The notes under the pieces are model-generated. The model was not told the DNA's origin, made no database searches, and saw only the letters and a program-made list of their open reading frames with translations. From the sequence record ON529851.1: 64,000 bases of DNA; one strand, given 5' to 3'. The translations under genes and the position numbers were made by a program. Each line of letters starts with the position of its first letter. Position 1 is the stretch's first letter. Below, in pieces: positions 9,840-20,276 of this stretch.

Positions 9840-10514
9840 TCACCAATTGGTGACGTTGACCAGATCGCGCTGGAACTCGCTGGGCTCGATATAGGCGGCG
9901 GTGGTTTCCAGCCGCTTGTGACCCATCAGCTTCTGGACGTCCAGGATCGAGCACTTCTTCTGGTTCGCCATGCGGGCGCGCACGGTGCCGAAGGTGCGGC
10001 GGCCGCTGTGCGACGACGCGCCGTCCAGCGAGGCCTTGGCGTAGAGGCGGCGGAACCACTGCACCACCGCGTTCGGCGTCACCGACCCCGGCACGAAGTC
10101 CTTGTCGATGGTGCTGACCGGGCGGTCGTTGCGGGTGCGCTTGACCTTGCCGTCGGCGGTCTTGGCCTTGGGCGGCATATAGTTGTGCACGGCGTAGAAG
10201 ACGAACTCGTCCTCGGGGCGGGCCTGGCGCAGGCGCTGGAGCACCGAGGCCAGTTCCGGCGTGATCGGGATCAGACGCTCGACCGAGCGCTTGCCGACGT
10301 CGCCGGTGATCGCCAGGGTGGTGCGGACCTTGCCGGCGGCGTCCAGCACGTTGGTGCGCCAGCGCAGCTTGGCGATCTCCGAGGCCCGCAGGCCGGCGAA
10401 GAAGGACAGGCGCAGGGCGGCTTCATCGCGCAGCGGATGATCGCTGGCGCGGGTGATCTTCAGGGCCGCCTTGAACTGCTGGCCGGTCAGGGTCTGGGCG
10501 CGCTTGGTAGCCAT
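9840..10514 (-). CDS. tyrosine recombinase (catalytic domain only)
   Basis: GLRASEI, SHSGRRTF, LMGH..LETTAAY: R-H-R-H-Y residues. Confidence 0.92.
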   Translation of the reverse strand: MATKRAQTLTGQQFKAALKITRASDHPLRDEAALRLSFFAGLRASEIAKLRWRTNVLDAAGKVRTTLAITGDVGKRSVERLIPITPELASVLQRLRQARPEDEFVFYAVHNYMPPKAKTADGKVKRTRNDRPVSTIDKDFVPGSVTPNAVVQWFRRLYAKASLDGASSHSGRRTFGTVRARMANQKKCSILDVQKLMGHKRLETTAAYIEPSEFQRDLVNVTNW

Positions 10515-10617
10515 GGGAAAGTTCCTCCGTTGATGTCGTCACGGAGTCACATAAAGAAGGCCGACATGACTGTCAAGCGTCTGTCAACGATCTCACGCCA
10601 AAATCGTCAAAGCGGCA

Positions 10618-11001
10618 TTAGGCCGGGTAGCGCCGCCCGGTGTTGACGCCGTCCTGGGTCGCGGTGGGCGCCGGCTCCACGCCGGTCTTGCCGTCCATGA
10701 AGCGGGCGCGGTGCGACGCCTTGGCCCCGGCCAGGGCCTTCGTCAGCAGAGCGCGATCGTCGCCGATCGACGCCTTGAAGGCGGTTTCGAAACGGTCCAT
10801 GGCGACGTCCAGGTCCACATCCATCTTCACCTGGTAGACCGGCACGTCCTCATGGACGAACTGGGTCCAGCGCGGTTGGCGCCGACCCTGACTGTCGTAG
10901 CCCGGCTTGATGATGTGAAAGGTCTCGCCGCCGAGGACAAAGGCGCCGATCTTGTTCGCCTTGAGCGCCCCGTCGTAGAGGGCGTGCGACTGCCGGCTCA
11001 A
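10618..11001 (-). CDS. hypothetical protein
   Basis: overlap-coupled ORF, high GC3. Confidence 0.65.
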   Translation of the reverse strand: MSRQSHALYDGALKANKIGAFVLGGETFHIIKPGYDSQGRRQPRWTQFVHEDVPVYQVKMDVDLDVAMDRFETAFKASIGDDRALLTKALAGAKASHRARFMDGKTGVEPAPTATQDGVNTGRRYPA

Positions 11002-11441
11002 TGGACGACTCGGCTGTCGGGCAGCAGGACGCCGTGCACGCGCTTGCCGTATTCGCGGTTGAAGGCGCGGTTCCAGTATTCCGCCGCCGCGTGATTCGAC
11101 CAGGCTTCGCTCGTCGCCAGTTCGGGGTTCTCATCCAGCAGCCGGGCGAAGAACACCGCGCGCAGGTAGGAGAAGTAGAGCCCGGCGCTGATCAGGCTCA
11201 GGTCGTCCGACAGTTGCCAGTCGTCGAGCGGCAGCGGCAGATCGAGGTGGAAGTGCTCCGGGTGCAGGCGCAGGGCGTCGGCGATATAGGCTGCCTTGGC
11301 CTTGTTGCTGATGCCCGACTGGAACGCCTCGTCGGGCGAATCGTCGGTCAGGATTGCGGCGTGGAGTTTGTCGTACTTGTGGCCGTAGCTGGGGGTTCGC
11401 TGGGGTCCGTCACCGTCACCGTGATTCCGTGGATTTCGCAT
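10998..11441 (-). CDS. hypothetical protein
   Basis: GAGG RBS; high GC3. Confidence 0.65.
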   Translation of the reverse strand: MRNPRNHGDGDGPQRTPSYGHKYDKLHAAILTDDSPDEAFQSGISNKAKAAYIADALRLHPEHFHLDLPLPLDDWQLSDDLSLISAGLYFSYLRAVFFARLLDENPELATSEAWSNHAAAEYWNRAFNREYGKRVHGVLLPDSRVVH

Positions 11442-11789
11442 GACTTCCTCGCATACCAGACAGGCTTCGACGCATCGCCGGGGCCAAAGATTTCGACAAA
11501 TTCATTCCGCGCCGCACGCTCTTGGCAGATGCAGCCTTCCACACCACGCTGGGGGAGTTCGGGATGACGGGGGAAACGCCCGCGCACCTTGGCGGGGGTC
11601 GTTTCCTGCGTGATGTTTCGCATTCAGCAATTCTGACTGAAATCCCGGCAAACGTCAAGAATTACGGCAGAGTTCGGGGCTTTGGTGGCGTTTATGCGTT
11701 GACAGTCGGCGTCCGCAAGGCCTATGCCGTCATTACCGTCATCGCCTACCGGAGTTCCCGCCTTGCGCTACGCCTATAAGCCCGACCAA

Positions 11790-13916
11790 ATGGAGGCCTC
11801 GGGCGTCCTGGCTGTCCGGAAATCGTCCACGCACACCTCGCGCAAGACGATTCGCATGCAGATCAACGACCTCTATTCCGACAAGGTCGGCGCCATCGTG
11901 CGCGAGATCACCGCCAACGCGGACGATTCGCATCGGCGCGCCGGTCAGGAGCGCCCCTTCTACGTTCACGTCCCGACGGCCCTGGAGCCCGAGTTCTTCG
12001 TGCGCGACTTCGGCTGCGGCATGACCGATCAGGTCATGGAAGAGGTCTACATCGTCATCGGCCTGAGCGACAAGGACGAGAGCGACGCCGAGACCGGCAT
12101 GTGGGGCCTGGGCTCCAAGACGCCCTTCTCCTACGCGGACCAATACACCATCACCTGTTTCGACGGCGAGACCGCGCGCCACTACGGCTACGGCATCGCT
12201 GACGACGGCATCCCCAACCTCTACACCCTGGCGATCGAGCCTTCCCCCGAGCCCTGCGGCGTGCGCATCGGCCTGGCGGTCGAGGCCCAGGACTTCCACC
12301 TGTTCGAGACGGCGGTCAAGCACAGCGCCGTCGCCCATGAGGGCCGGTTCGAGCACAACCTGGGCGACATCAACATCGGCACGGTCGCTTATCACGGCGC
12401 CGGGTGGACCGCGCTCAGCGAGGCGCCTTTGACCGGCGCCAGCGCCTACAGCGACACCTGGTGGGTGCGCCAGGGCTGCGTCATCTACCCGATCAAGGAT
12501 TCGCAGATCGCCCTGCCGCAGAGTTCGCGGATGGACGGACGTCTCACCTACATCCTGGACTGCCCGATCGGCTCGGTGCGCATGACGCCGTCGCGTGAAG
12601 CCCTCCAGTATGATGCGGAAGGGGTCGACTACCTCCGGGCGCGTATCGAAAGCGTCAAGGCGGAGATCGGCGACGCCGTTCATGAGGCGACCAAGGACAT
12701 CGTCTCGGTCGTGGACTATTTCGAGAAGGTGGCGAAGCTGAAGCCCGCCTTCCTCCAGCGCGACTTCACCCACCCCCTCACCGGCATGACCGGCTATTCG
12801 CTGACGTTGGGCTGGCCCTCGCTGATCTATAGCGCGGAGCGCCGCTCCGCCACGGGCGAATGGATGTTCGACATGCCCGGCGCGCTCGATCTGCGCTTCA
12901 CGCGCGCGGACCACCGTCGGGTCTTCATCCTGGACGACATCCGGCCCCTGCTGGACCCCTCGCGCGGGGAAAACGACGCCGCCAAGGGGGCGACCAAGTG
13001 GCTGACGCGCAGCGAACTGCGCCGGGTGAGCCGTTTCGTCCGCCATTACCTGGAATCGAAGTCCATCAACCAAGCGATCCTGGTCTGCAACGTCGATTGG
13101 AGCGACGATTACATCCAGGCCTTCAGCCACCAGAAGGGTAAGCCGGTCGCCGTCTTCGAACGCCTGACGTTTGACGACCTGCGCGCGGCGGTTCCCCGGC
13201 GCCTGGCGCCGCCCACGGTGAGCGCCCCCACGCCGCCGATCCGGGGGCTGGCGCTCGCCAAGGCCGCCGGCGAACAGAAGCCGGTCTTCACTGTGAGCGA
13301 GCCGGGCGAAAAATACGCCTGGGTGGCGTCCGACGAATACCGCAAGCAGGCCGGCGCCGTGTTCAAACTGGCGCGCAAGGCCGGGATTGAGGCGCTCTAC
13401 ATCGCCGCCGAGGGCGACGCCCAGAAACAGGTGATCGACGCCGGGCACCCCCACCTGTCGATCCCCCTGGGCAAGATGTTCACCCGCGCCGGATGGACGA
13501 TGGCGACGCACGAGTTCGTGCGCCTGACCTTCCCGTCCGACTATTCGAACAAGACGTCGGACTTCCTGCGCGCCTTGAAACAGGTCAGTCCCGAGCAATA
13601 CGACCGACTGGCCCAGGGCGAGGGCGTCTACTCCAAACTGGCGGCCGCCTTGAGCAAGGTGATCGCCAAGCCTCTGGTCAGCCTCTCGGATGACGAGCGC
13701 CGGGTGATGGAGGTGCTGCTGCCCAAGCCCGAGATGAAGGTGACCAAGAAGCTTCAGGAGGCCCAGGCGCTCTACAAGACTCTGGAGTCCCACTACCACA
13801 ACCCGACGAGCAAGTTCGTCAGCGAACTGAAAATCACCAAGGACCGGGCCGAGGATTACGTCAGCGCCGTCCTGGCGCTTCAGACCATCATCCCGCCCAC
13901 CGCCCGCCACTCCTGA
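11790..13916 (+). CDS. rIIA: rIIA-like protein (GHKL/HSP90-type ATPase N-terminus)
   Basis: LYSDKVGAIVREITANADD, VRDFGCGM, GMWGLGSKTPFSY; followed by rIIB. Confidence 0.88.
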   Translation: MEASGVLAVRKSSTHTSRKTIRMQINDLYSDKVGAIVREITANADDSHRRAGQERPFYVHVPTALEPEFFVRDFGCGMTDQVMEEVYIVIGLSDKDESDAETGMWGLGSKTPFSYADQYTITCFDGETARHYGYGIADDGIPNLYTLAIEPSPEPCGVRIGLAVEAQDFHLFETAVKHSAVAHEGRFEHNLGDINIGTVAYHGAGWTALSEAPLTGASAYSDTWWVRQGCVIYPIKDSQIALPQSSRMDGRLTYILDCPIGSVRMTPSREALQYDAEGVDYLRARIESVKAEIGDAVHEATKDIVSVVDYFEKVAKLKPAFLQRDFTHPLTGMTGYSLTLGWPSLIYSAERRSATGEWMFDMPGALDLRFTRADHRRVFILDDIRPLLDPSRGENDAAKGATKWLTRSELRRVSRFVRHYLESKSINQAILVCNVDWSDDYIQAFSHQKGKPVAVFERLTFDDLRAAVPRRLAPPTVSAPTPPIRGLALAKAAGEQKPVFTVSEPGEKYAWVASDEYRKQAGAVFKLARKAGIEALYIAAEGDAQKQVIDAGHPHLSIPLGKMFTRAGWTMATHEFVRLTFPSDYSNKTSDFLRALKQVSPEQYDRLAQGEGVYSKLAAALSKVIAKPLVSLSDDERRVMEVLLPKPEMKVTKKLQEAQALYKTLESHYHNPTSKFVSELKITKDRAEDYVSAVLALQTIIPPTARHS

Positions 13917-13932
13917 TCGGACCTAAGCCCTC

Positions 13933-15576
13933 ATGACCGACACCTCCGCCCCGAAGGCGCCCGCCGCCATGCCGATCGCCTTCATGATCGGCAAGGAACG
14001 CGTCAGCTTCGTGCTGAACTCGCGCCACCGCTCCTACCACCTGAAGTCCCAGCAGGGACAGGACCTGGTCGCCCTGCTGCGCGCCGTGCCCCAGGACGTC
14101 GAACGCATCGGTGAACTGGCGGACATCATCACCTATATCGCCAAGCAGTCGAACGGCCGCGTGACGGTGGACGACTGCGACCGCCTGCGCCTGGACGGCA
14201 AGCTGATCGACTACGGTCTGTCGGGGCGCATGGCCCAGGTCGTGGAAGCGGGCGTGCCGTTCGACGCGCTCAGCCGTTTCATCGAGAAGGTCTCCGAGAA
14301 CCCCGACAAGACGGTGGCCGAAGATTTGTATCGCTTTATGGAGAAGGGCGGTATCCCGCTGACTCCGGACGGCAACATCCTGGTCTTCAAGAAGGTCGAT
14401 CCGAACTACTACTCCTATGCCTCGGGCACGACGATGGCGCGCGCCACCCTGGCGGACGGCACGGTCAAAGAGATGACCGGCAAGGTCCTCTACCCGCTGG
14501 GCGGCTACGTCGAAATGGATCGCGAAGACTGCGACCCGAACCGCCAGCGCACCTGCTCCAAGGGCCTGCACGGCTGCTCGCCGGAATACCTGAACTTCTG
14601 GTACAAGCAGGCGGGCATCGTCCTGATCGGCGAAGTCGATCCCAAGGACGTCACCGCGATCCCGGCGGACCACAACGACCAGAAGCTGCGCTGCTGCCGC
14701 ATGAAGATCGTCGGCGAAATCCCCGAGAGCGACGCCAAGACCCACTTCCCTTCGGTGATTGAGCGCCGTTACGAGACGTCCTACCCGTCCTGGGACCTGT
14801 CGGACGACGGCCGCCGCGCCGGCGGCCCGGCGCTGGACGCCGAAGGCCGGACGCAGGCCTGGATCAAACGCGATGACGCCATGGTTTGGGGCGTGACGGA
14901 CGATGAAGCGGGCGAACCCACGGCGCCGGCGGACGCCGTCAACGACCGCATCCCCAACGCGGCCACCGAGGCGGCGCTGGAGGCGGTCGAGGCGGGCGAC
15001 GTGACCCGTCACGACACGGTCGACGACCTGATGGCCGACCTGAACGCGCCGGACGCGCGAACGCCGCTCCAGTTCGTCGCCACCGACGAGGACGACAACG
15101 AGTTCGACGTCTGGGGTTGCGGCCACGACGAAGGCCTGACCGCCGGGCGCCAGGACAAGGCGAACGGTTATCCGGCCGACGACGCCATCCTCAAGGAACC
15201 GCGCAACCTCGACGCCGACGACCTGAAATTCTATCGCGAGGGTTACGCCGAAGGCTACGCCAAGGGGTACGCCGAACCGGCCGACGAGACCCTGGCGGAC
15301 GCCGACGGCGAAGGCCGCTGGACCCTGGCCCGTGCGCTTGATGAAGGTCGCAAGTTTGGCGTCTTGGAGGCCGGCAAGGACCACAGCGAGGGCGTCGGCT
15401 ACGTCAACGACCCCTGGGACAGCCCGGTGCGCGACGCACTCGATGAGTGGCTCGAAGCCGCCTACACCGCCGATGAGGACGGGGGTTCCCACGAGCATCC
15501 GTTCGCCAAGGCGTTTGAGCGGGCTTACCGCGACGCCTACCACACGGCCTGGAACGCCCGTGAGGACGCCGCCTGA
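13933..15576 (+). CDS. rIIB: rIIB-like protein with acidic C-terminal extension
   Basis: LTPDGNILVFKKV, DCDPNRQRTCSKGLH, VDPKDVTAIPAD..KLRCC. Confidence 0.88.
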   Translation: MTDTSAPKAPAAMPIAFMIGKERVSFVLNSRHRSYHLKSQQGQDLVALLRAVPQDVERIGELADIITYIAKQSNGRVTVDDCDRLRLDGKLIDYGLSGRMAQVVEAGVPFDALSRFIEKVSENPDKTVAEDLYRFMEKGGIPLTPDGNILVFKKVDPNYYSYASGTTMARATLADGTVKEMTGKVLYPLGGYVEMDREDCDPNRQRTCSKGLHGCSPEYLNFWYKQAGIVLIGEVDPKDVTAIPADHNDQKLRCCRMKIVGEIPESDAKTHFPSVIERRYETSYPSWDLSDDGRRAGGPALDAEGRTQAWIKRDDAMVWGVTDDEAGEPTAPADAVNDRIPNAATEAALEAVEAGDVTRHDTVDDLMADLNAPDARTPLQFVATDEDDNEFDVWGCGHDEGLTAGRQDKANGYPADDAILKEPRNLDADDLKFYREGYAEGYAKGYAEPADETLADADGEGRWTLARALDEGRKFGVLEAGKDHSEGVGYVNDPWDSPVRDALDEWLEAAYTADEDGGSHEHPFAKAFERAYRDAYHTAWNAREDAA

Positions 15577-15980
15577 TGCCGGTCCTGTTCCAGAAGATCG
15601 TCAAGAGGGAGGACCTGCGGCGAAACCCGCAGGTGCTCTACGTCTTCGGCGACAACGTCCAGCGCGTCGGCCTGGGCGGCCAGGCCGGCGAGATGAGACA
15701 TGAAGTCAACGCCGTCGGCGTGGCGACGAAATATTCGCCGCGCGACTACTTCGGCGAGGACCCCGCCGAGGTCTCGGCGCAGAACCGGATCATCGACGGG
15801 GACATGAAGCCCCTGTTCGAGAAGGTGAACCAGGGCGGGGTCGTCGTCTGGCCCGCCGACGGCATCGGCACGGGCCTGGCGGACCTGCCGCGTGTGGCGC
15901 CCTCCACCTTCGCCTATCTCAACCAGAAGCTGGCGGCGTTGCTGAAGGCGGCCGACCTGTTCGACAAGGAGACGGCATGA
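15576..15980 (+). CDS. conserved phage protein with YVFGDN...GGQA motif
   Basis: LYVFGDNVQRVGLGGQA, NAVGVATK, DGIGTGLA. Confidence 0.75.
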   Translation: MPVLFQKIVKREDLRRNPQVLYVFGDNVQRVGLGGQAGEMRHEVNAVGVATKYSPRDYFGEDPAEVSAQNRIIDGDMKPLFEKVNQGGVVVWPADGIGTGLADLPRVAPSTFAYLNQKLAALLKAADLFDKETA

Positions 15981-16249
15981 CCCTTCCCGCCCTGACCGTG
16001 GACCATTACAGCCGCGCCGCCCAGCGCGCCAAGCCGGTGCTGAAGCGCGGCGACAAGGTCTACATGATCGCGCACGGCGCCGACGGCAACGGCTTCGCCA
16101 CCTACACCTTCGATCACTGGGACGAACACGCGCCCGGCGGCGACTTCTTCGTCTCGAAATCAGGGATCGACGAACTGCATCCGTTCAACATCGCGCGTCT
16201 CAACGGCGTGGCGGTCAACTTCCGGGACGAGGGTCATGTCGAGGCCTGA
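15977..16249 (+). CDS. hypothetical protein
   Basis: ATGA overlap, GGAG RBS. Confidence 0.65.
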   Translation: MTLPALTVDHYSRAAQRAKPVLKRGDKVYMIAHGADGNGFATYTFDHWDEHAPGGDFFVSKSGIDELHPFNIARLNGVAVNFRDEGHVEA

Positions 16250-16469
16250 GCCTGAAGAAAATCCATTCGATTCCATCCACGCCTGCATCGCCTTTTCTCC
16301 GCACGATTGGTCCCAGCACCACCGGATGGCGTGGATTTACGGCATCGTGTGCGGCTGGGACGCCGCGTCGATGAAGGAGGTGGCGGCCAAGCATCGCTGG
16401 GGGCCTAATGAGGTGGCGCGCTTGAAGCGGCTGCACATCCGCTACCAGGCGCAGAAGAAGGACGCCTGA
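16236..16469 (+). CDS. hypothetical protein
   Basis: tight operon packing. Confidence 0.6.
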   Translation: MSRPEPEENPFDSIHACIAFSPHDWSQHHRMAWIYGIVCGWDAASMKEVAAKHRWGPNEVARLKRLHIRYQAQKKDA

Positions 16470-16470
16470 C

Positions 16471-17073
16471 ATGGCGAACTACTGGAACCCGCTCTTCTAC
16501 ACCAAGGCGGACTACGACGGGTTCATGGTCCCGGCGGCCGAGGGCGGCCGAGGCCCCGACAACGCCCGCCACGAACTGGGTCTGGAGATCGACCACCACG
16601 CCGGCATGGAGACGGTGGCGCTGCTGCCGGGCGAGAGCGTCGAGCAGGCCGCCTATCGCGCCATGCGCGAGAGCCACGCCTTTCTGACCGACGACAATCA
16701 CGCCTGGGAGGTCGTTCCGGGCGAGCAGGCGCATTGGATGTCGCGCCTGCGGGTCATCAAGAACGAGAAGTCCGGATACTTCACCCGCATCCCCGGCCTG
16801 TCGTGGATGATCCTGGAGGACGGCCCCGGCGCCCACTGGTTCGACATGCGCTTCCGCCTCGCCACCGTCGGCATGATCGCCGCCGAGATCGAGGCCGACC
16901 GGGTGAAGGCCTTGGAGTATGACGCCGAGGCGGACGCCTGCAACGATTCCATTCGGGGCCGCAAGCGCGCCCGGACGGCGCGCAATTGCGCCCATTCGGC
17001 CCGGTTTCGCGGCGAGGTCGCGCCGGGGCGGCGCTGGCCGGATCACTTCCAAACCGAGAAAGTCCCCGCATGA
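16471..17073 (+). CDS. hypothetical protein
   Basis: AAGGA RBS, high GC3. Confidence 0.7.
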   Translation: MANYWNPLFYTKADYDGFMVPAAEGGRGPDNARHELGLEIDHHAGMETVALLPGESVEQAAYRAMRESHAFLTDDNHAWEVVPGEQAHWMSRLRVIKNEKSGYFTRIPGLSWMILEDGPGAHWFDMRFRLATVGMIAAEIEADRVKALEYDAEADACNDSIRGRKRARTARNCAHSARFRGEVAPGRRWPDHFQTEKVPA

Positions 17074-17387
17074 GCCTGGTCCGTTTCACCCTGACTTCAC
17101 CGCAGGACCCTGCGCTTCACGCGCGGGTCACCAACGCCCGGTGCGGGTTCAACGAACTGGTGCGTGAGGCGCGCCAACGTAAGATCGATCCCGGCGACGC
17201 CGTCTACGCCGAGCAGACCCTGAGGATGGCGGAAAGCCGTCACAGCGGGACCTGGGGCATTGCCGAATACGCCGACCGGATGCTGAAGGCGGCGCGCACG
17301 CAACATCGCGCCTATTTGCTGGCGCTGCTTGACGAGATGGACGCCTGGGACGCCGCGCAAGAGGCGAAGAAGGCGGCCCAGCCATGA
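17070..17387 (+). CDS. hypothetical protein
   Basis: ATGA overlaps at both ends. Confidence 0.65.
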   Translation: MSLVRFTLTSPQDPALHARVTNARCGFNELVREARQRKIDPGDAVYAEQTLRMAESRHSGTWGIAEYADRMLKAARTQHRAYLLALLDEMDAWDAAQEAKKAAQP

Positions 17388-17935
17388 AGGTCGTCTTGTT
17401 GGACTCTGCGGGCGCGGTCGTCGGCTACACGGCGGTGGGCGCCTTGCCGGTCGAAGCCCCGCAGCAAATCCCCGATCTGCTGGAGCATCGCGGCGTCTAC
17501 TACGCCCTGCAACCGCGCGAGGCCTTCCCCGAGGCCTTGGGCAACTGCGAGGCGGTCTTCAAGCAAGCCATCCTCGGCGACATCACGACCCCGGTCTATG
17601 CCGACAAGGTCGACGGGCTGGCGCTGAGGACCCTGGAAGGTCTGAAGTGGTTTCTGGCGCAACCGCGTGACGTCGTTCTGATCGATGACCCGCAGACGCA
17701 GGCCATGGTCGGACGGGGTGAAGCCCTCCTGGCGGCGACGGCGCCGCTGCATCCACACAACGCTCAGGTCCTCCAGGACCTTCGCGTCGCGGTCGCCGAG
17801 GCCCGCTACTGGATGAAGCCGGACCCTGGCACCGCCAGGGCCGTGGTTCAGGCGCGTAATCGCCATCACATCGCGGCGTCCAAGACCGCCTTCGCCCAGG
17901 CGATGCTCCACCCGCAAAACGAGGAACACCCATGA
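17384..17935 (+). CDS. hypothetical protein
   Basis: ATGA overlaps at both ends. Confidence 0.65.
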   Translation: MKVVLLDSAGAVVGYTAVGALPVEAPQQIPDLLEHRGVYYALQPREAFPEALGNCEAVFKQAILGDITTPVYADKVDGLALRTLEGLKWFLAQPRDVVLIDDPQTQAMVGRGEALLAATAPLHPHNAQVLQDLRVAVAEARYWMKPDPGTARAVVQARNRHHIAASKTAFAQAMLHPQNEEHP

Positions 17936-18246
17936 ACTGGCTCTTCTACGGGCAAAACCCGGACGCCCCGCGCGGGCCGTGCCGCCGACGGTTCCTGCCC
18001 ATTGCCCTGGCGGGCGCCGCCGCCCTGTCGGGCTGCAAGGGCGTGGCCGAGGAAATCCAGGCGGTCGGCATGCAGGCCCGCGACGACTTGATCGCGGGGA
18101 ACACCTACCACTACGATCCCCGTGTGAACCTCTGCTTCGCGGTCGGCTCCTATGCCCGCACCGGAAACTTCACCGACAACCTGACCCAGTCCTATGTGCC
18201 CTGCACCGACGCGGTCATGGCCCAAGCCCTGAAAGACGCCCCGTGA
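17932..18246 (+). CDS. putative lipoprotein
   Basis: RRR-hydrophobic-LSGC lipobox. Confidence 0.6.
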   Translation: MNWLFYGQNPDAPRGPCRRRFLPIALAGAAALSGCKGVAEEIQAVGMQARDDLIAGNTYHYDPRVNLCFAVGSYARTGNFTDNLTQSYVPCTDAVMAQALKDAP

Positions 18247-19100
18247 GTTATATCGCCCCCGTCCTGCCGCACGACGTCTACGGCGAGGCCAATGTGCGCC
18301 TCGGCCGCGTGGAGTCCGAAGAGAACGTCACCATCCTGTTCGCGGTGGAGTCCGGGTCGCGCGCCTGGGGCTTCCCCTCGCCCGACAGCGACAACGACGT
18401 GCGCTTCTTCTACGTGCGCCCGATCAGCCACTACCTGGGCCTGGAGTCCCCGCGCGACGTGATCGAACGCCCGATCGAGGACCCGTGGGACCTGAACGGC
18501 TGGGACCTGCGCAAGGCTCTGCAACTACTGGTCAAGGGCAACGCCACCGCCATGGAATGGCTGTCGAGCCCGCTGATCTATCGGGAGCACGGTCCGCTGC
18601 CGGCGCGCCTGCGTGACCTGATCAAGCGTCACGCCTCTCCGGAATCCAGCGCGCGTCACTATTTCGGCCTGACCCGGCAATGCTACGCCGGCGAAATCAG
18701 CAACCGGCCGACCGCCGCCCAGAACGCCCGGAACGAGGCTGACGGCGTCATCGTCAAGGGCCTGACCCAGGTCAACCTGAAGAAGTACCTCTATGCGGTG
18801 CGCGGCGCCATGTCGATCGCCTGGATCGCCCGCTACAAGGAGGTGCCGCCGATGACGATGCCGGCGCTGATGAGCCACGCCGTAGCCTCCGAAGCCGTCG
18901 CGGCCGAGATCACCACCCTGCTGCGGCGCAAGGCCACCATGGGCGAGTTCGGTCACGGCGATCGCATCGCGGTGCTGGATGAGTTCATCGAAGCCCAGAT
19001 GGACTGGGTCAAGGCCCAGGGTTTCGACCGCCTGCCGATGAGCGAGGCCTTCGCCGCCGAGGCTGAACAGCTTCTGCTCGACGCCCTGGGGATCGGCTGA
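18243..19100 (+). CDS. Pol-beta superfamily nucleotidyltransferase (RlaP/YcgL-like)
   Basis: AVESGSRAWGFPSPDSDNDVRF (GS..DxD), WDLRKAL, N...EWLSSP..Y, KKYLY; GTGA overlap. Confidence 0.88.
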   Translation: MSYIAPVLPHDVYGEANVRLGRVESEENVTILFAVESGSRAWGFPSPDSDNDVRFFYVRPISHYLGLESPRDVIERPIEDPWDLNGWDLRKALQLLVKGNATAMEWLSSPLIYREHGPLPARLRDLIKRHASPESSARHYFGLTRQCYAGEISNRPTAAQNARNEADGVIVKGLTQVNLKKYLYAVRGAMSIAWIARYKEVPPMTMPALMSHAVASEAVAAEITTLLRRKATMGEFGHGDRIAVLDEFIEAQMDWVKAQGFDRLPMSEAFAAEAEQLLLDALGIG

Positions 19101-19315
19101 TGGCGACGCTTCGTCTGCGCATCGTCGAGGTCGGCGCCGAAGGCGGCTTCCTGATCGAGCGGCGCCGGTGGTGGGGATGGGACGCCGTCGCCGTGCATGA
19201 TACTGTGTCCGAAGCCCATGACGACGCGATCGCCATGGGCGTGATGTGGCGGCGGGTCCGAGGCTACGCGGATACGGCCCGCGTGCGCATCGTCGCGAAC
19301 CACGCCTACGCATGA
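19100..19315 (+). CDS. hypothetical protein
   Basis: TGATG coupling. Confidence 0.6.
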   Translation: MATLRLRIVEVGAEGGFLIERRRWWGWDAVAVHDTVSEAHDDAIAMGVMWRRVRGYADTARVRIVANHAYA

Positions 19316-19563
19316 GCGCCCAGGCCATTCATCTGCTGGCGCTGGTCGTGCTGTTCCCGACCACGATCGCGTCGTTTGTCTGGTTCCTCATGGCGTGGGG
19401 TTTCCGGGGCGGCTTCGGCGTCACCTGGCGCTCGGTCATCCTGTCCGGCGCCGTCTTCCTGACGCTGTTCATGACCCTGGGCGTGGTCCTCTACCATCCC
19501 TACGCCCTGCCGAACCTCCTGTCGGGCATCGTCCTGCCGCCCAACCCCTTCAAGGTGCCCTGA
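19312..19563 (+). CDS. small membrane protein (2 TM)
   Basis: hydrophobic; ATGA overlap. Confidence 0.65.
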   Translation: MSAQAIHLLALVVLFPTTIASFVWFLMAWGFRGGFGVTWRSVILSGAVFLTLFMTLGVVLYHPYALPNLLSGIVLPPNPFKVP

Positions 19564-19914
19564 ATGGCCGTCGAGATCATCCAAGCCTACGCCGCCTTCG
19601 AGACCACGGATGAATTCGGTCGGCTCGGCGGAGTCTACGGCTATTATCAGAGCGAAATCGCCGCGCAGGCGGCGGCGGCGTGCATCGGCTGGTGGGGCGG
19701 TCCGGGGAGGGTCGTGCCGCATACGCTGATCGTGGCCGACGGGCGGTGCTACCCGATCATGTCCGGACAGGAAGCGGGTTTCGACCGCGACCTCCTCGAC
19801 AAAAACCTGATTGAGGAATCCCGCAAGACCAAGGCGGCCGCCTGGCGCAAAATCCAGGCGACGCTGACGCCGGATGAGATCGAAGAACTCGGCCTGAAGG
19901 AGCCCAAGGCATGA
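19564..19914 (+). CDS. hypothetical protein
   Basis: operon packing. Confidence 0.65.
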   Translation: MAVEIIQAYAAFETTDEFGRLGGVYGYYQSEIAAQAAAACIGWWGGPGRVVPHTLIVADGRCYPIMSGQEAGFDRDLLDKNLIEESRKTKAAAWRKIQATLTPDEIEELGLKEPKA

Positions 19915-20276
19915 CCAATCCCGTCGTCCTGATCGTCGAGGAGACGATCCAGCGCGCCTACAAGCTGGACCTCGATAATCCCGCCCACGCCGAACTGGTG
20001 GACCGGGTGCTGAACAATCCTCTGGACCGCCCGGCGGTGTTCGCCTTCGATCGCCACACCCCGCCGGCCTTGTTGGGCAAACGCGCCCTCAAGGGCAATC
20101 GCACGCCCTGGATCAGCGCCACGACCGCCAAGGGCCACCAGGTGCGCCTGGACCCGGACGCTGAGCACGCCGTCAACTCGATGATGACGCTGCTGCACGT
20201 CGACGAGAAGGGCAAGGCCTATCATCAGGTCAAGATCAAGCGCACCACGGTGGAGCGCGGGCCGGTGAAGTCGTGA
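19911..20276 (+). CDS. hypothetical protein
   Basis: ATGA overlap, AAGGAG RBS. Confidence 0.65.
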   Translation: MTNPVVLIVEETIQRAYKLDLDNPAHAELVDRVLNNPLDRPAVFAFDRHTPPALLGKRALKGNRTPWISATTAKGHQVRLDPDAEHAVNSMMTLLHVDEKGKAYHQVKIKRTTVERGPVKS

